NCBI GenBank assembly: GCA_951406725.2
Contig: OX597815.1
Span: 195,796,001 to 195,860,000 of the forward strand
Length of the DNA stretch: 64,000 nucleotides
Direction of reading: 5' to 3'
From: Octopus vulgaris
Taxonomy: Eukaryota
Of the stretch, positions 39,450 through 53,972 are shown piece after piece. A model generated the notes under the pieces. The model saw only the letters and a program-made list of their open reading frames with translations. It was not told where the DNA came from and ran no database searches. Position numbers and translations under genes: made by a program. Position 1 is the stretch's first letter. Every line of letters begins with the position of its first letter.

Positions 39450-39505
<56 letters not shown>

Positions 39506-39689
39506 ATTACACTAATAATACTAATAATATCACATGCCCGTATGTGTGTGCTATAATATTATTATTATTGTTGTGGTTGTTGTTATTATTAAAGTCATTA
39601 TTATAAGCGTAATGACTCCTCTACGACAACAGAATTTGTTTCAACACACCCATACACATCGAGTATGTTGCAAGCCAAACACAAAAACG

Positions 39690-39738
39690 ATAGAGAGGTA
39701 GACAGAGATATAGATAGATAGATAGATAGATAGATAGG

Positions 39739-39769
<31 letters not shown>

Positions 39770-39802
39770 GTAGGTAGATAGGTAGGTAGGTAGGTAGGCA
39801 GG

Positions 39803-39881
<79 letters not shown>

Positions 39882-39918
39882 GTAGGTAGGAAGGTAGATA
39901 GATAGATAGGTAGGTAGG

Positions 39919-39965
<47 letters not shown>

Positions 39966-40055
39966 GTAGGTAGGTAGGTAGGTAGGTAGGTAGGTAGGTA
40001 GGTAGGTAGGTGGGTAGGTAGATAGATAGACAGCCAGACAGATAGATACATACAT
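39690..40055. repeat. Compound tetranucleotide microsatellite (GATA/GGTA/GACA)n
   Basis: Direct reading. Confidence 0.95.
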
Positions 40056-40919
40056 ACGTCCTCATACAAACAAATATTTGCCGATATAATTAGAACGAGA
40101 ATTAGTACGTTTTAATTACAATTTGAGGACAGGTGTTTGGACTGATCTCACGAATAGCTTAACATAAGATATTGTTATTGCTAATTAAATGCAACCGACC
40201 GCATATTCCTCTCCACTTGTATGTTTACAAATTGCCATGTCCGGATATGAGATATACAACTATGTTTGTCATATAATAAGGTCCTCTTCAATTCGTTCCA
40301 TAAATGAATAGAGATAAGCATTAATACGTAATTACTTGGTAATTAGATTCCCGACTACTTCATGAATATATCGCATCACTGGAAGCGCATATATTGATTT
40401 ATGCCGTGTTATGTCATTTACTTGTCCAACTAATGCACACTTCTAATTAATCCAATATAAGGAAAAAAAAATACAGTCATAGGAATTAATCGTTAACTAA
40501 TTTATAAGTAAAGTTAGCCAATAATTATGGTCTACAGATATAATCAGCTTGATCGCGATATTATGATACAATCTCTCCGATCATACTGTTTCACTTGCCA
40601 TGAGGTCAGAATTAAGAATTGTATATGCGTAGTAGCCACTGACACACAAGTATTAACACAATAGTATTATACTATTATAAAACATCCTGTAAAGTTCCCA
40701 CATACACTTGGTACGTCATTAAAGGGATCAGCAAAGACACAATCAATGTGCACAAATTAAACATTATGAACAAATACAAAATGATTATCCAGGAATATGT
40801 ACTGAACCGTTATATATGAAACACCTAAAGAAAATAAGCGTAATACTTTTTCTAAATACACCATTGATTAAGGCCAGATGACTTCGAAATCACCCATCCT
40901 ACTCCAGTAGTAGAAATAT

Positions 40920-41150
40920 GGCGAGCTGGCAGAAATGTTAGCACACCGGGCGAAATACTTAGCGGTATTTCGTCTGCCGTTACGTTCTGAGTTCAAATTC
41001 CGCCGAGGTCGACTTTGTCTTTCATCCTTTCGGGATCGATTAAATAAGTAGCAATTACGCACTGGGGTCGATATAATCGGCTTAATCCATTTGTCTGTCC
41101 TTGCTTGTCCTCTCTGTGTTTAGCCCCTTGCGGGTAGTAAAGAAATAAGA
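40920..41150 (+). mobile_element. SINE-B
   Basis: Full copy; TSD agaaatatgg. Confidence 0.88.
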
Positions 41151-41654
41151 AATATGGAAGCGTTGACACAATGTGGTTACTAGATATATCATAAACAAAG
41201 AAAGCAAAGTGACGTCATTATCTTTAAATTTTCTTGGGAACAGGCGAATGTTAACAAGAGGAATATCAGTAGTGAATTTAAAAAATGACCAGCAGCGGCA
41301 GTGGGTCAGTGATTTCTGCGAGTCTGCACTTTTTCAGCAGCAAGCATCTAGTATCATCTCATAGTATCAAAACTTCATCCGTGTTGATACCTGCAATTGA
41401 TGTAGTTGAAATTACATCAGTTGCAAGTATCAGGGATATTTTTCTCAACATGATAAATCGCAGTATCATGGTGTCCTCACGGGATATCCACGTAAACTAT
41501 TTTAAAAAGGTGGTTGTTCGACACTGATACTGCTTCTTTTGCTTGTAAATTACATATATGTGTGGGTGGGTGATATATGTTTGTGTGTGTGTGTGTTTGT
41601 ATTCATGTGTTTGTGTACATGAGTATGTGTAAGTGCATCCATATATATATATAT

Positions 41655-41713
41655 AATGTAGTCGCACGAAACGATCGTACTGCATTACCTCAGGATATCC
41701 TTGTTGCTTATTT

Positions 41714-41755
<42 letters not shown>

Positions 41756-41814
41756 AAATAAGCAACAAGGATATCCAGAGGTAATGTAGTACGATCGTTT
41801 CGTGCGGCTCCATT
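41655..41814. repeat. ~60-bp inverted repeats centred on (TA)n, just upstream of the Penelope-like remnant
   Basis: cgcacgaaacgatcgtactgcattacctcaggatatccttgttgcttattttga versus its reverse complement. Confidence 0.9.
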
Positions 41815-42039
41815 TAATTGAACAATGCAGTCATTTCATTACATCAATTTAAATTGTAGAGCAAACTTCAGCTGCACAAAGACATAGAATTTAATTAAAT
41901 TAGAAGGACACATTAGTATCATTTTACCCAAAATCTCCAAGAGAATAAGGAGATAGACAAAGAACATGCTTTACCAACAACATCACATTTGTAACTGAAA
42001 TTTGTTTCAAGAAGACAATGTTTTCACTGAATTTTCTGT

Positions 42040-42091
<52 letters not shown>

Positions 42092-42639
42092 TGTGCAGCA
42101 TTTGTGTGTGTTTGTGTGAGAGAGAGTATCCAAATCAAATAAAATACTAGAACCAAAGTACGGAACAGGATTGTTGAAAGATTAAAATAAGACAAATATT
42201 AGGGAACCAAACAAAAGAACCATAACACTTCTCGTACATACTGACAAGTCGAATCTAAAAATAATCAAAGGCAACAAATCGTCTCTCCATGAGTTGTTAT
42301 TATTTCATAACAACATAAACTCAACCATAACAAATAACTCCCAAACAATAACATTTGAAAAAACAAACGAAAATAGAGAAACAAAAGAACATATGATGAA
42401 CAAGACCACACACCAAGAGAATGCAACTTCTTTGAAATGCAGGAATCTTACGAATGTAACACAATATCAATGTAGATGTTACAAAAAGCAAGCAAAATCA
42501 GCCCAACACAAAACAAGAACTGAAAGACAGGGTACTTATGACTCACAAAACAAGAAGAATTTTTAGGAAAGAGAAACTCCAAGCAGAACCGAAAGAAATC
42601 CCCGGCGATACAGAGTCAAGAAAATATTGAAACAATCGA

Positions 42640-43570
42640 CCCAAAATTAATTGACTTCTCACAGTGAAACCTCATGGAAACCAAACTTCTGGTTTATGGA
42701 CTCAAATGCATAACAAGTTCCAAACCGGACACGAAAGATATTTTTTAAAAGTGTTGAGGAATTTTGCAGGAAACTTTGTCAGCAGGAATACTTCCTGTGA
42801 AAAACAAAACCAGATCTAAATCGCCGAGAAACCGGAATAAACACTTAGAGAAATGCACAATGCGTCAGAAGAGACTTGCATACTCAAGCATTCCAACAAA
42901 CCATATAAATTCAAACATTATAAATGAAGGACAAAAACCATTAGAATTTCTACAGAAATACTCTTCTAAACTCTTTAAAGAAATAGACAAAGGCGAAGTC
43001 ATTGTAATAAAGGATACAGGAAAATTGTCTTAGAACAACTATATGACCAATATTCCTACAAATGTCGGAAGTGAATGCAGATAAACGAACAAGAAGTAAA
43101 ATTGGTAAATTCAAAGGAAAATTAAGAAATGACTTAACGAAAAAGGATTAAATTACTTCACTAATTAATTAGAGGTATAAAGAAGTAAATTTTATGGACT
43201 TCCAAACATTTGTGAATATAAGGAAATCAATTACAACTTAAAAGAAAGAGACAATCGTAGTTAGCTTTGACTTAACCAATGTCTATACAAATATCCCACA
43301 TAGGTTAAGATTAGAAGTAGTTGAATTCTGTATTGACAAATACCCACAAAGAATTCAGGAGAGATTGTTAAAGGATTTGATACATGAAGAATTGTGTTTA
43401 GTACTGGAAAATAAACACATCTTTGACAACCAGCATGCGTACAAATATCAGTCACGGCAATGGGAACAAAATCTCACCGGAGTTTGTAGCTGTAGTAATG
43501 CAATATCTGGGAGAAAAAATGCAGACCGTTTCTCGAATTATTTTTATTTTCAAAACTACTTATTAAAGAA
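42640..43570 (+). pseudogene. Decayed Penelope-like reverse transcriptase
   Basis: Motifs in the expected order across frameshifts: IDKGEVIVIKD, FYGLPNI, SFDLTNVYTNIPH, TAMGTK; A-rich strand. Confidence 0.72.
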
Positions 43571-43699
43571 CTAGAAAAGATAGAAAATAGAGCAGCTGCA
43601 AGTATTGACGATTAGCCATATCTAAAGGATTCCATTGATCTTATTTGATCAAATCTCTACTCAAAGCTTTTTAACCGTCCTTTCTATAATGAATCCTAT

Positions 43700-44480
43700 G
43701 AGACGGAAGTTGTGGACAGAGATGTTTGAGATGGCGCATATTTGTTTCGAACGTACCAGACTGTCGACAGCAGGCCACAATCACCTGATAAATACCTGAC
43801 CAAGATATTTAACACAGATTTATTAGGGTTGCATGTCAGAAGTTATCGAAATCACCACACTTCTTTAGCTCCTTTTTCAGCAAAAACCCTACACCTCGCT
43901 TTGCAAGCAGAGAAAATTTCCCGTTCTGCTTTAGTTGCAATAGAGATCTGCCAAGAGGTCAAAGAGCAAGTCTATAATATATAAAGATAAAGTTCGTAGG
44001 GTAGACCATTAAGCTCCAGCGGTCTCTTCCTTGTGCAGTTAGCCACAAATACCGGTATTCAGTCAGCTGTTATCGCTGTACTATACTTTCCTATACGAGA
44101 ATTTCGGTATGTCATTACAGTAGGAAGTGAATTCAAAAAAACCCCGTCTTCACAAGCTCTGCAGAAAGTTCAACTAAGTACCACTGAAGATCCTTATATA
44201 TCTGCTTGGATTCGGGAGGCGAGCACAGCTTATCACTTATTAAAACCAAATTGTGGATTTGTTATCATATTCCACATCTACGATCTGGGGCCCACCTTAC
44301 AGCTTCGTCCTCATGCCTTGCAGCCAGCCATCTTGCTGTAACAACGCCACCAGGATATCAGGCACAATGCCTCTCCTGTTCATTTCTTCTTGATCTGTAA
44401 CTACCTTACCTTTTTCTCTAGAAAACACGATCTCTTAAAATTATCGACTCTAATTTTCCCAAGGTAACCACAGTCGGTTG
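43700..44480 (-). pseudogene. Possible highly decayed R2/Hero-like RT fragment
   Basis: Weak manual motif matches only (VKYLG, LNTGI, GIVP). Confidence 0.25.
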
Positions 44481-45375
44481 TTGCGGTGTGCCATAGTCAT
44501 CTCTCACTTAACTACTTTTCTAAGTCTGTTTTTGTAAGGTTTGCGTCACCTTCGATATTGTTATGTCGCACGTTTGGATGCCTTCTACTAAACTCTGCTC
44601 TGCTCCTACTATTCTGTTCTTGTCTCTACTGAACTCTACTCAACGCTTCTCCGACTGCTACTCCTGACGTGTAGGCTTCTCCCTCTATATGTACGTATTG
44701 GGCTAGCCCACTTCATCGTCTGGGGGCGTACACACAACAGATATTTTTCGTGATTAGGACCAACATATTGCCGTCTATATCCAAGAATATTGACCGTGTC
44801 TAAGACCCAGGATTATGCGTAACCACTCCTCCACTCCACCTGCCATAACAGGTTTGGTCAGAAATGCGTGGATCTCAGAATGATCAATAATGGACACTGT
44901 AAATTATATGCATGTAATCCTGATCTCACAGATGGCTATTACACCCGTAAAAACCATGTGCATTGATGTTACAACTTTTTCTTATGAAGAAAGAAAGAAA
45001 AAAGAAAGAAGACGAACCCCCATTAATTACTTACTGTTCGTAATAAGTTGTATCAAAACCCTTTCTTTATAGGGTGTCTGGGAATAGAACTGAAAAAGCC
45101 TGACGGAAACCGTGAAACTGGAATTTCAAACAGTATGGGAATTACTCTCTCTTTCTCCCCTTCTCTCTACCTGTTTCATTCATTACCCTCTAGCTATCTA
45201 TATGAACCATTACAAATTTTAAGTGTTCCCCAACGGCAGCAAAATGGCCGAAAGAATGCTGCTCGGACGTGAAAAAACATGTTATCTTGTGCATGTTGTT
45301 GCTGGGTTTACTCAACTTTGCCCAACCTGCTTTCGGACTTTTTAAATAATGATAAAATATATATGTATGCATGTG

Positions 45376-45479
<104 letters not shown>

Positions 45480-46549
45480 GTATACACCTGATAATTCGTG
45501 AGTGTGTGTCTGTGTGTTTTTTTCAGACAATGGGTTGACCTGAGCAGAAATGTTAACACATGGTGTTTGTCACTTGTTGAATGTGAAAACATGAGAATAA
45601 CTTTATATTTCAGTAAGCCTGCACAGGTCTGCAATCCAAGTATTCATTGACGTTTTAAATAGATTTGAGGTGTGTTCTTGTTTGAGATATATTAAATGCA
45701 TCTGCTTGGTAGAAATCAATGAAGAGATTAGTAAACATGTGTGTAAATAGAATATAATCTAAGCAACGTGTATTTGTTAATTTTATCCACATAAATGGGG
45801 AACAAATTCACTGAAGTAAAAGTCGATAGCGTTTCTGATAAAGCTCACATGCACAAGCGCACACAATCACGCAACACATATATAGAAACATGCGTGCAAA
45901 CAGATACATACATAAATACATACATACATGCATACATACAAACATACATACATACATACATATATACATACATACATACATACATACTTACATATGTGTT
46001 TATATACATGCAATATTTATGTATGTGTAATTTCACCGGATGTCGTTGTCTGCCAAATTGCAAGAGATCATATTATGCAAAATGACTGCCAAATTAGAAA
46101 GTTTTCTATTTCTGCCAAAATATTATTCCTACAGTCGCGTATATGTTTGAATATATTTATCTCCACCTACGTAACAGCCTAAGAAACAATCAAACAATGA
46201 AAGATATAATCATGCAGCTAAAATGAGAATCAAGTCATACATACACATGGGCACCCATACATATATCATTGAAGCGATTTACTTTGAAGTATCGCATAAA
46301 CGATCTAATGTATGCACCAATGCTAAAGTCATTTCGCCTATTTTCGTCTGAAAGATATGGAATTTTCGATGTGGCTTGCACACGTGAATCGCATGCTTTC
46401 TAATATATAACCTGTACTGATTATAACATTACATCATGTCCGTGTACTTTAAGATAAGGAAACAAACGCTTTTCTTTAGATTCTATTATGTGTTTTTGCA
46501 GTAATTATCTTCAAACTTGGCAAATAGATTTATCGGGGAAGCATCATAA

Positions 46550-48558
46550 TACTGGACAACAAAGAGTTTGCTACTGCGGTAAAAGCATGTTTTAAACTAA
46601 ATCGAGGATGCTGATTACGAATCCGGACTCAGAACTGTTCTAGCACCTCAGGATGTTGAGTTATACGCATAGGAAAGATTACAACTATACTTTCGCCTAG
46701 ATATAGGCCTGTTATAAAATTTGCTAAAATGAAAGCGGTCTTAATTCAAAATTAAAGAAATAACAGCAATAAAAAAAAAAGAGAAAGTTCATTATTTAGT
46801 TTAGCAATAGATGGCGCTGACGTATTGTATGCAATGCCAAATACGTCAGTTTGTTCTTGGTAACTCTCAGTGTCGCTTGCGCTACCGTCACGTGTGGTAT
46901 GAGTATCTCTCGCTAGGCGTGATTTTTGTTTTAACTGTGTTCATTGTGTTAGATCAGGAATAGGAAAGGCTGTGTGAATCATCCAGACAACTTTTGTTAT
47001 GTCTGTGGAAAAATTGCGCCGCGTGACCAGCGGAAGAACATTGACATCAAATTAAAACTGCCTATAAATATCTTCTCGGGTGTAAAGTTGGGCACCAAGA
47101 CAAGAGGTTGGCACCTCATATATGCTTCACCGTGTGTTACTCGGGGCTTATACAGTGGCTTAATGGAAAACGGAAGGGAATGTCTTTTGCTGTACCAATG
47201 GTATGGCGTAAGTCAGCCAATCATGTCTCTGATTGTTACATTTGCATGACTAATATAGATTCTCTCAAAGTAGACCAAAGCAAAATTGCGTATGCAGATT
47301 GTAAATCGGCTCTAAAACTGGTCCCACATGACTTCAAGAACCCTGTCCCAGTTTCCCTCTCACATGATTCACTTGAAGATCTTGGCATGTCGCACAATGA
47401 ACACCATGAATCTCCTATTGACTAAGAGTACATAGTTGATTCTAAGAAAAATGAGCCTGGCTAGTTTAATCAAAGAGTTTTGAACGATTTATTTAGAGAC
47501 CTAGCAATTTGTCAAAGGAGAGGGCAGGGGCTTTGGTATCCAAACTACAACAACAGAATCTCCTACAGCAAGGTACGGAAATTTCCATTTCCCTCCTCCT
47601 AGGACTGCAGCTGGGATATACTAAAAATATGTGCACATTGTGTGTTTCGGACAGCCGCGACGACAGCAATATTATTACACTGTAAATGACTGGCCTAAAA
47701 GAGATGAGCGCATGGTTGACCGGTACAGCATATGCCACTGGTAGACCCGTAAAATACCTTCCTTCCACCCCTTCACATCAAACTCGGCCTCATGAAAAAC
47801 TTCGTAAAAACAATGACACACGATGGTTGTGGCTTTCAGTATCTAAATGTAAAGTCTGGTGCAGATAAACGTGACGCAAAACTGAAAGCAGACATTTTCA
47901 TTGGACCCGAGATCAGAGAATTGATGTCTGATAACAAATTCAGTGATAAACTGAACCCAGTTGAACTGACAGCATGGGATTCATTCGTGTTAGTTGCACG
48001 GAACTTCTTGGAAATCATAGGGTTGAAAACTATATTGATTTAATAAACAACCTGCTAACGGCGTATGAAAGAATGGAATGCCGAATGTTCCTTAAAATGC
48101 ACTTCTTGCATTCTCTTCTCGATTTTTTCCAACGAATCATCCTGCCCCTAGTGACTAGCATGGTGAGAGGTTCCAGCAGGACTTATCTGAGATGGAAACG
48201 AGGTATCAAGGCCAGTTCAATCCACACATGATGGGAGGCTACTGCTGGTTCCTACAATGAGAGACCAGCACGACGCACAATCACCAGAGCAAGTGTATCA
48301 AACGTTTCTGAGTTCAGCATATCAAAAATAAATTGAGTATTCCCTTAACATAAATATACTATGTACCATTATATTATAACACTATTTGCCTTGAACATAA
48401 ATTTACTACATACTGTACTAATATACTATTATAATGATTATTTACCTTGAACTTAAGTATTCCTTGTTCTAATATAATATTAATATATAATTATGCGTAT
48501 AGCTCAAAAACCTGACTAATCTGAGTGCAGACAATAAATCTTTTTTAGTTGCCCAGTG
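46550..48558 (+). mobile_element. Chapaev3-like (CMC superfamily) DNA transposon with disrupted transposase
   Basis: Ends (t)ACTGGACAAC and GTTGCCCAGTG, 3-bp TSD TAA, sub-terminal inverted ttgagttatacgcat/atgcgtatagctcaa; motifs NHPDNFCYVCG, APHICF..VPMVWR..NHVSDCYIC, HIKLGLMKNFVK, KMHFLHSLLDFF, HGERFQQD. Confidence 0.8.
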
Positions 48559-49198
48559 TAATTACTGAAAAATGTAAGGTATATATGAAATGGATTTGTT
48601 TATAATAATGTATTTTTTTACGATTTTGAATGTCAAATTGACATCGGCGTTCAGCCTTCAACTGTTAGAACACTCATATCATTCTATGAGTTGCGTTGTA
48701 GCTTTACACCTCTATTTTTAGCAATCCTTGTAATATGTGTTTATACTGAACATTTTTAGAAGTTGCATAGAAACCAAAAAATTATCGTTTTGAAGAGTAC
48801 TTTGAATTTTGAAGAAATTTTTTCATCGCAGAACTAGAAACACGGAAGGGGGAAAAATTTTTTTAAAAAAGAGACTTTTAGTCGAAGCTCTGATAAAACA
48901 TGAAAGCTGCTGGTTCTCGATCAAATTATACAGAATGGAAACATTTTTGATTTTGCTTCATGAGAAGAAAAAAGAAAGAAAAAGAACCATATTTTCGAAT
49001 ACATGCATCAACGGAAACAAGAAACAAAAGTTAGTGGGAATTTATGTACTTGATATTTATAAAGTTGTTTTTTTTTTTCTGATGGGATATGGTTTCATCG
49101 TTCGGAAGTAAATTTCACTAAAGAAATATGATTTTGAAAATATCATTACATAAATACATGTTGCTTGGAATATTGTTTACAGCTTTATGACTGTTAAC

Positions 49199-49230
<32 letters not shown>

Positions 49231-49234
<4 letters not shown>

Positions 49235-49716
49235 ATAAATCTGAGAGCGAGTTATAAACAGTAGCGGCAACACATCGTGACGTATATTTGCCATTTGAAT
49301 ATGGCTAACCCCTAAGGGTGGATGCTACTGTATTTTGTAGCCCCAGGAAGACACCTCCTCCAGCTGGCGATAGACACACTTTCTGTGCCCTATCAGTATT
49401 TGTGAAGGAAAGTCATCCTTCCCTTCTTCAACTAATGATACACACGGACTCGAGTTTCAAGGTATTGACCTATCATCGGCGTGTGACAATCATAGTTGTC
49501 GACGAGAAGTCAGTTCCCCTCACAAATACATCTACTTTTTCCAGTATCGATTGACACTGATATGGAAAAAGTGAAATCAAACAATGATAAATCTCAGAGC
49601 GAGTTATAAACAGTAGCGGCTATAGCCAGCTGGAGGAGGTGTCTTCCTGGGGCTACAAACTACAGTAGCATCCACCTTTAGGGGTTAGCCATATTCAAAT
49701 GGCAAATATACGTCAC
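49231..49716. mobile_element. (TA)n-flanked element with A-B...A-B(inverted) terminal architecture
   Basis: 35-bp direct repeat 49234-49268 / 49586-49620; ~96-bp inverted repeat 49277-49373 / 49620-49716. Confidence 0.8.
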
Positions 49717-49800
<84 letters not shown>

Positions 49801-49869
49801 CATATATATATATGTACATATATATTTATGTATGTATATATATGTATATATATATTTATTTATCTGTTT

Positions 49870-51580
49870 TTTTTATTTATTTACCTAGTTTCAGCTCACA
49901 AGCTGTTGCCATGCTGGGGCACCGCCATTTGGTGTTGCTACACGATTTTACTTCATGAATGCTTTTTAGCAATTGCCATTTGGTGCATGAGAGAGTTCGA
50001 TGCAGCTGCCCTCATCTGCACCTCCTGCCGTGAAGTTGGTTCATCTGGGATACCTGACAAGAAGAGATCCAGTTTCATTTTAAAGACACCTGCATCCACC
50101 CCATGCAGGTTTCTTAGGTTCTTCGGGAGGATATTGAAGAGCTGTGGGCCTCGGAATCCCAGGCTATTGCAGTATATTGTCCTACATCTTGATGGCAAAT
50201 TTGGAGTCCTTGGCGCTATGCAGTGGCGCCCAGTTCTGGCATTTGTGTAACTCTCGATGCCAAAGTTTGGGACAAGTCCTTCTAGGATCTTCCAGATGTA
50301 TATTATGGCATATCTTTCTCGCCTACGCTCTAAGGAATAGAGTTTCAATCTCTTGAGTCTTTCCCAATAGCTTATATGCTGCAAAGAGGCTATCTTCTTC
50401 GTGTAGCTTCGTTGGATCGCCTCAAGTTCTGTGATTAACTTGACACTGGATGGTGACCATAGCTGAGAGCAATAGTCAAAGTGGCTTAGGACAAGTGTCC
50501 TCCAGAGGACCATCATGGTTTCCTGGTCTCTCTTGTTCTGAAGGTTCTAAGAATCCATCCGGTCATGTAAATACCCAGGTCTCGGACTGATTGTGCCTCT
50601 GGGATAGCAGTCCCTCCAGGTCCAGTGTATTTATTGGGTATTGCAATTAGTTTTGCGTGTTGATAGCATAGAGCTTGAAACGTTTCAGCATTGAACTGCA
50701 TGCTATTCTTTTCAGCCCACTTGTATATTTTGTCCAGCTCACATTGCAGGTGCTTAGTGTCTTCAGGGTTCTGTATTGCCTGTGAAACTTTTATATCATC
50801 TGCATAACTTGTGATCGTGGCTCTCTGCATGGCTGAGGGCATGTCTGAGAGGGCCATTATGAACAGTAGTGGTCCCAGAACAGTGCCCTGCAGAACACCG
50901 CTCACTATTTGCGTGTTAGTGGAAGTGGCTACTACCACCAGGCTTCTATCCTTCAGAAAGGCATGAAGCCATTCTCCCAATTTTCCAACTATGCCAAGAT
51001 CACGCAGTTTGTGACATAGCATTCCATGATCGACTTTATCAAAGGCCTTTGCAAAGTCGAGATATATGACTTCCACATTTGAGTGGTTGAGCAGTCGTTT
51101 CAGCACCCAATCATAGTGTTGTAGGAGCTGAGTTAAGCAGCTTCTTCCTGGTCGGAAACCATGTTGGGTGTCAGGCAGCAAGTAATTTTCTTCAAGGAAG
51201 GTGATTAGTTTCCTTCTGACTATTCGTTCCATGACCTTGCTGATGTGTGAGGTCAGAGAGATAGGTCTGTAGTTCTTGGCCTCCGCTCTGCTACCTCCTT
51301 TATGAATAGGGTATATTTTACCTTCCTTCAGTTTTCTTGGAAGTTTGCCAGTTGCAAGGAAGCTCTGAAAGAGGAACTGCAGTGGTCTTGCTAGGTTACA
51401 TACTTTTAGAAGGATTGCTGGGAATCCACCTGGGCCAGTAGCTGAGTTTGTTTTCATTTCATCAATAGCCTTTATTACATCGTCTTCCTTTATATTGATG
51501 TAATCAATCGTTGCTGCCTCCGATTTTATATCTGCAGTGGTAAAGAAGTCAGTTGGATTGCTGACTTGAAAATGCCCTAA
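49870..51580 (-). pseudogene. 5'-truncated CR1/L2-group LINE: RT domain, C-terminus and 3' tail
   Basis: [48 protein letters not shown]; frameshift at ~50515; the ORF's poly-YI N-terminus is flanking (TA)n. Confidence 0.93.
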
Positions 51581-51581
51581 T

Positions 51582-51717
<136 letters not shown>

Positions 51718-51752
51718 TGTATATATTACACATGCACATACGCATACTCAGA

Positions 51753-52020
51753 GAAGGCACGTGCCTTCGAGGTTAGGGTATTCGGCTCATGATTTCAATT
51801 CCCGACGGCTCTTGGTGGGCGTGAGTGAATCATTTCTTTTCACGTCGTTCCAGTCCACTCTACTACCAAACTTAAGTTGCACCTGTCATTCGAATGACCA
51901 GCCTTGTTACGCTGAATTTTCCTAAGAACTCCATTAAGAGTATGCATTACGGTGGGGGTTTTAAGCCACTTCCACGTCCATTTCACGATCAGAAAATTTG
52001 CCTTCGTAACCGAGGGGGTG
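51753..52020 (+). mobile_element. Degenerate SINE-C2
   Basis: ggttagggtattcggctcatga...gccacttccacgtccatttcacga...cgtaaccg. Confidence 0.7.
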
Positions 52021-53392
52021 CTAGTTATTATTTTTTTTCTATCAATATTACACACATTTCAGTGTGACATTTTTCATCAAAGGACTTATGCGTGGTCAGT
52101 TTATAAATAGCAAATTACATATCACTCAACTGCAACTACACCATGCTGCCTAAATTGAAAGAGACCTTTCAGGAAAGTGCAACTGAATAGCCATAACGTG
52201 AACAAACGTTTCACAATACTAAATATCTCGATTAGACTCGCTCTATGGCTAAACAACACACAGAAATTGTTTCATAATTTAATATTATTCAGCAGGTATG
52301 CTGAACAGAGAATATTGGAGAAAATATAGAAAATATAGACATTTACGATATTGATTTTTGAATTTAGCACAAGGCCACACATTTGCGGAAACGATTAGTC
52401 GATTTAATCGATATCAATTCATGAATGAATTTTATCGAGCGCAAAAGGATATGAAACATAATGGACGTCGGTGAAATTTATACACAGAGCTTAATCAGAT
52501 GTTTCTTTGCATATTGTTAGTCGTGTCCAACATTTAACTATTCTATAACTTTATTTAATTAGAACGAGTCCAGTCAAGCAATCGAACCGTACATATATCA
52601 GTCGCAGGAAACATTTATTGTTTTATACACCTTACTGAGTTCGCAGTTTGATATAGTTCTACGTGGTTGTATTACCAGTCATGTTTTGAAAGACATAAAT
52701 GGGGTCTTGAATGCATTTGTTCGCAGTTAGGCTTTTAAATATTCATCTACTACACAGGGGTTTACAGAATATGAACCTCATCTTAAGAGATAAAACATGG
52801 TTCAATATTTACATTTACACAACCATTCGATTAGTTTGTTCACAGATTCCCATCAAAGGAATTGCTCCTGGAAGGATGTATCATGCTGGACAACGTGACA
52901 TTAATAACTAACTGTAAGAACTAACTCGTGTAAACGTACTGGTTTATTTGAAATAATATAAAGCTATTTTCTACAAAAGCAGGCTTTTGTCAACATTTGA
53001 AATGACATTTGTGGTTGTGGCGAGTAACTTTGATCTTCTAAGTCTCTGAGGTGATTTTCGTTTTAATTGTAGAAACATCATTTCATATATAGTTATAAGT
53101 GCATAGCCAGTTATGGAATTAGACCACACCGCTTCGTACAAAAAACAGTAATACGAAGAATAATACGTTCTACTATATATATGAGGTCTGACATTTGGGT
53201 GAGAGTGGCAAATCGTTACATCGACCCTGTGTTCAAATGATTCTCATGTCCTCGACCACAAAAGTATGAAATGTAATATTGATCTTGGCGAAATTTCTAC
53301 TCAGAATATTAAGATGAGCGGAATGCTGCTAAAAATTTCATCCGACGTTGTTGTTGCAGTTGTTGTTGTTGTTGTGGTTGTTGTTGTTGTTG

Positions 53393-53913
53393 CATGCCAT
53401 CTAAGTGACACTGGGGTAAAATATACGAAGCCCAGTATACCCATCATGACTACCCGTCTGATCAGGGTACACCAGGCACATGCATCACAACCATATGTGC
53501 GCGACATGGTGATCTCATATCAAGATAAACAGCACATGACCTTGCAGGTGGGGCCCAGCTAGAATTTTCTTTTTGTCGAGTAACCCATCCCGCTTAAAAG
53601 GTCCCTGATCAAGGGTTGTTTAAGGAAGTCGAACGAAACACCCATGTTTCCAAAGGTACAATATTCAAACCCCAAAGAATCCCTCTGAATACACGGCTAT
53701 GATGCTACCCCACTACTTCTGCTCGTGATCAGAGATGCACATATTGTCAGCCACTAAGGGACATCCTCAAGTGGTCAAGGTCGAACAACTGACAAGCAAA
53801 TCTGTGATATTGATCAGAAATTTTGCTGTAGCCCATCTTTTAAACCAAGACTAAACAATGTACATGATAACACTTCCAATCAGTTAAGATCAGAAGCCAC
53901 GAGAGCCACTGCC
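53393..53913 (-). mobile_element. Longer 3' fragment of the trinucleotide-associated repeat, between (GTT)n and (TAG)n
   Basis: Homologous to 15440-15697 and 1315-1480. Confidence 0.78.
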
Positions 53914-53924
53914 TAGTAGTAGTG

Positions 53925-53972
<48 letters not shown>

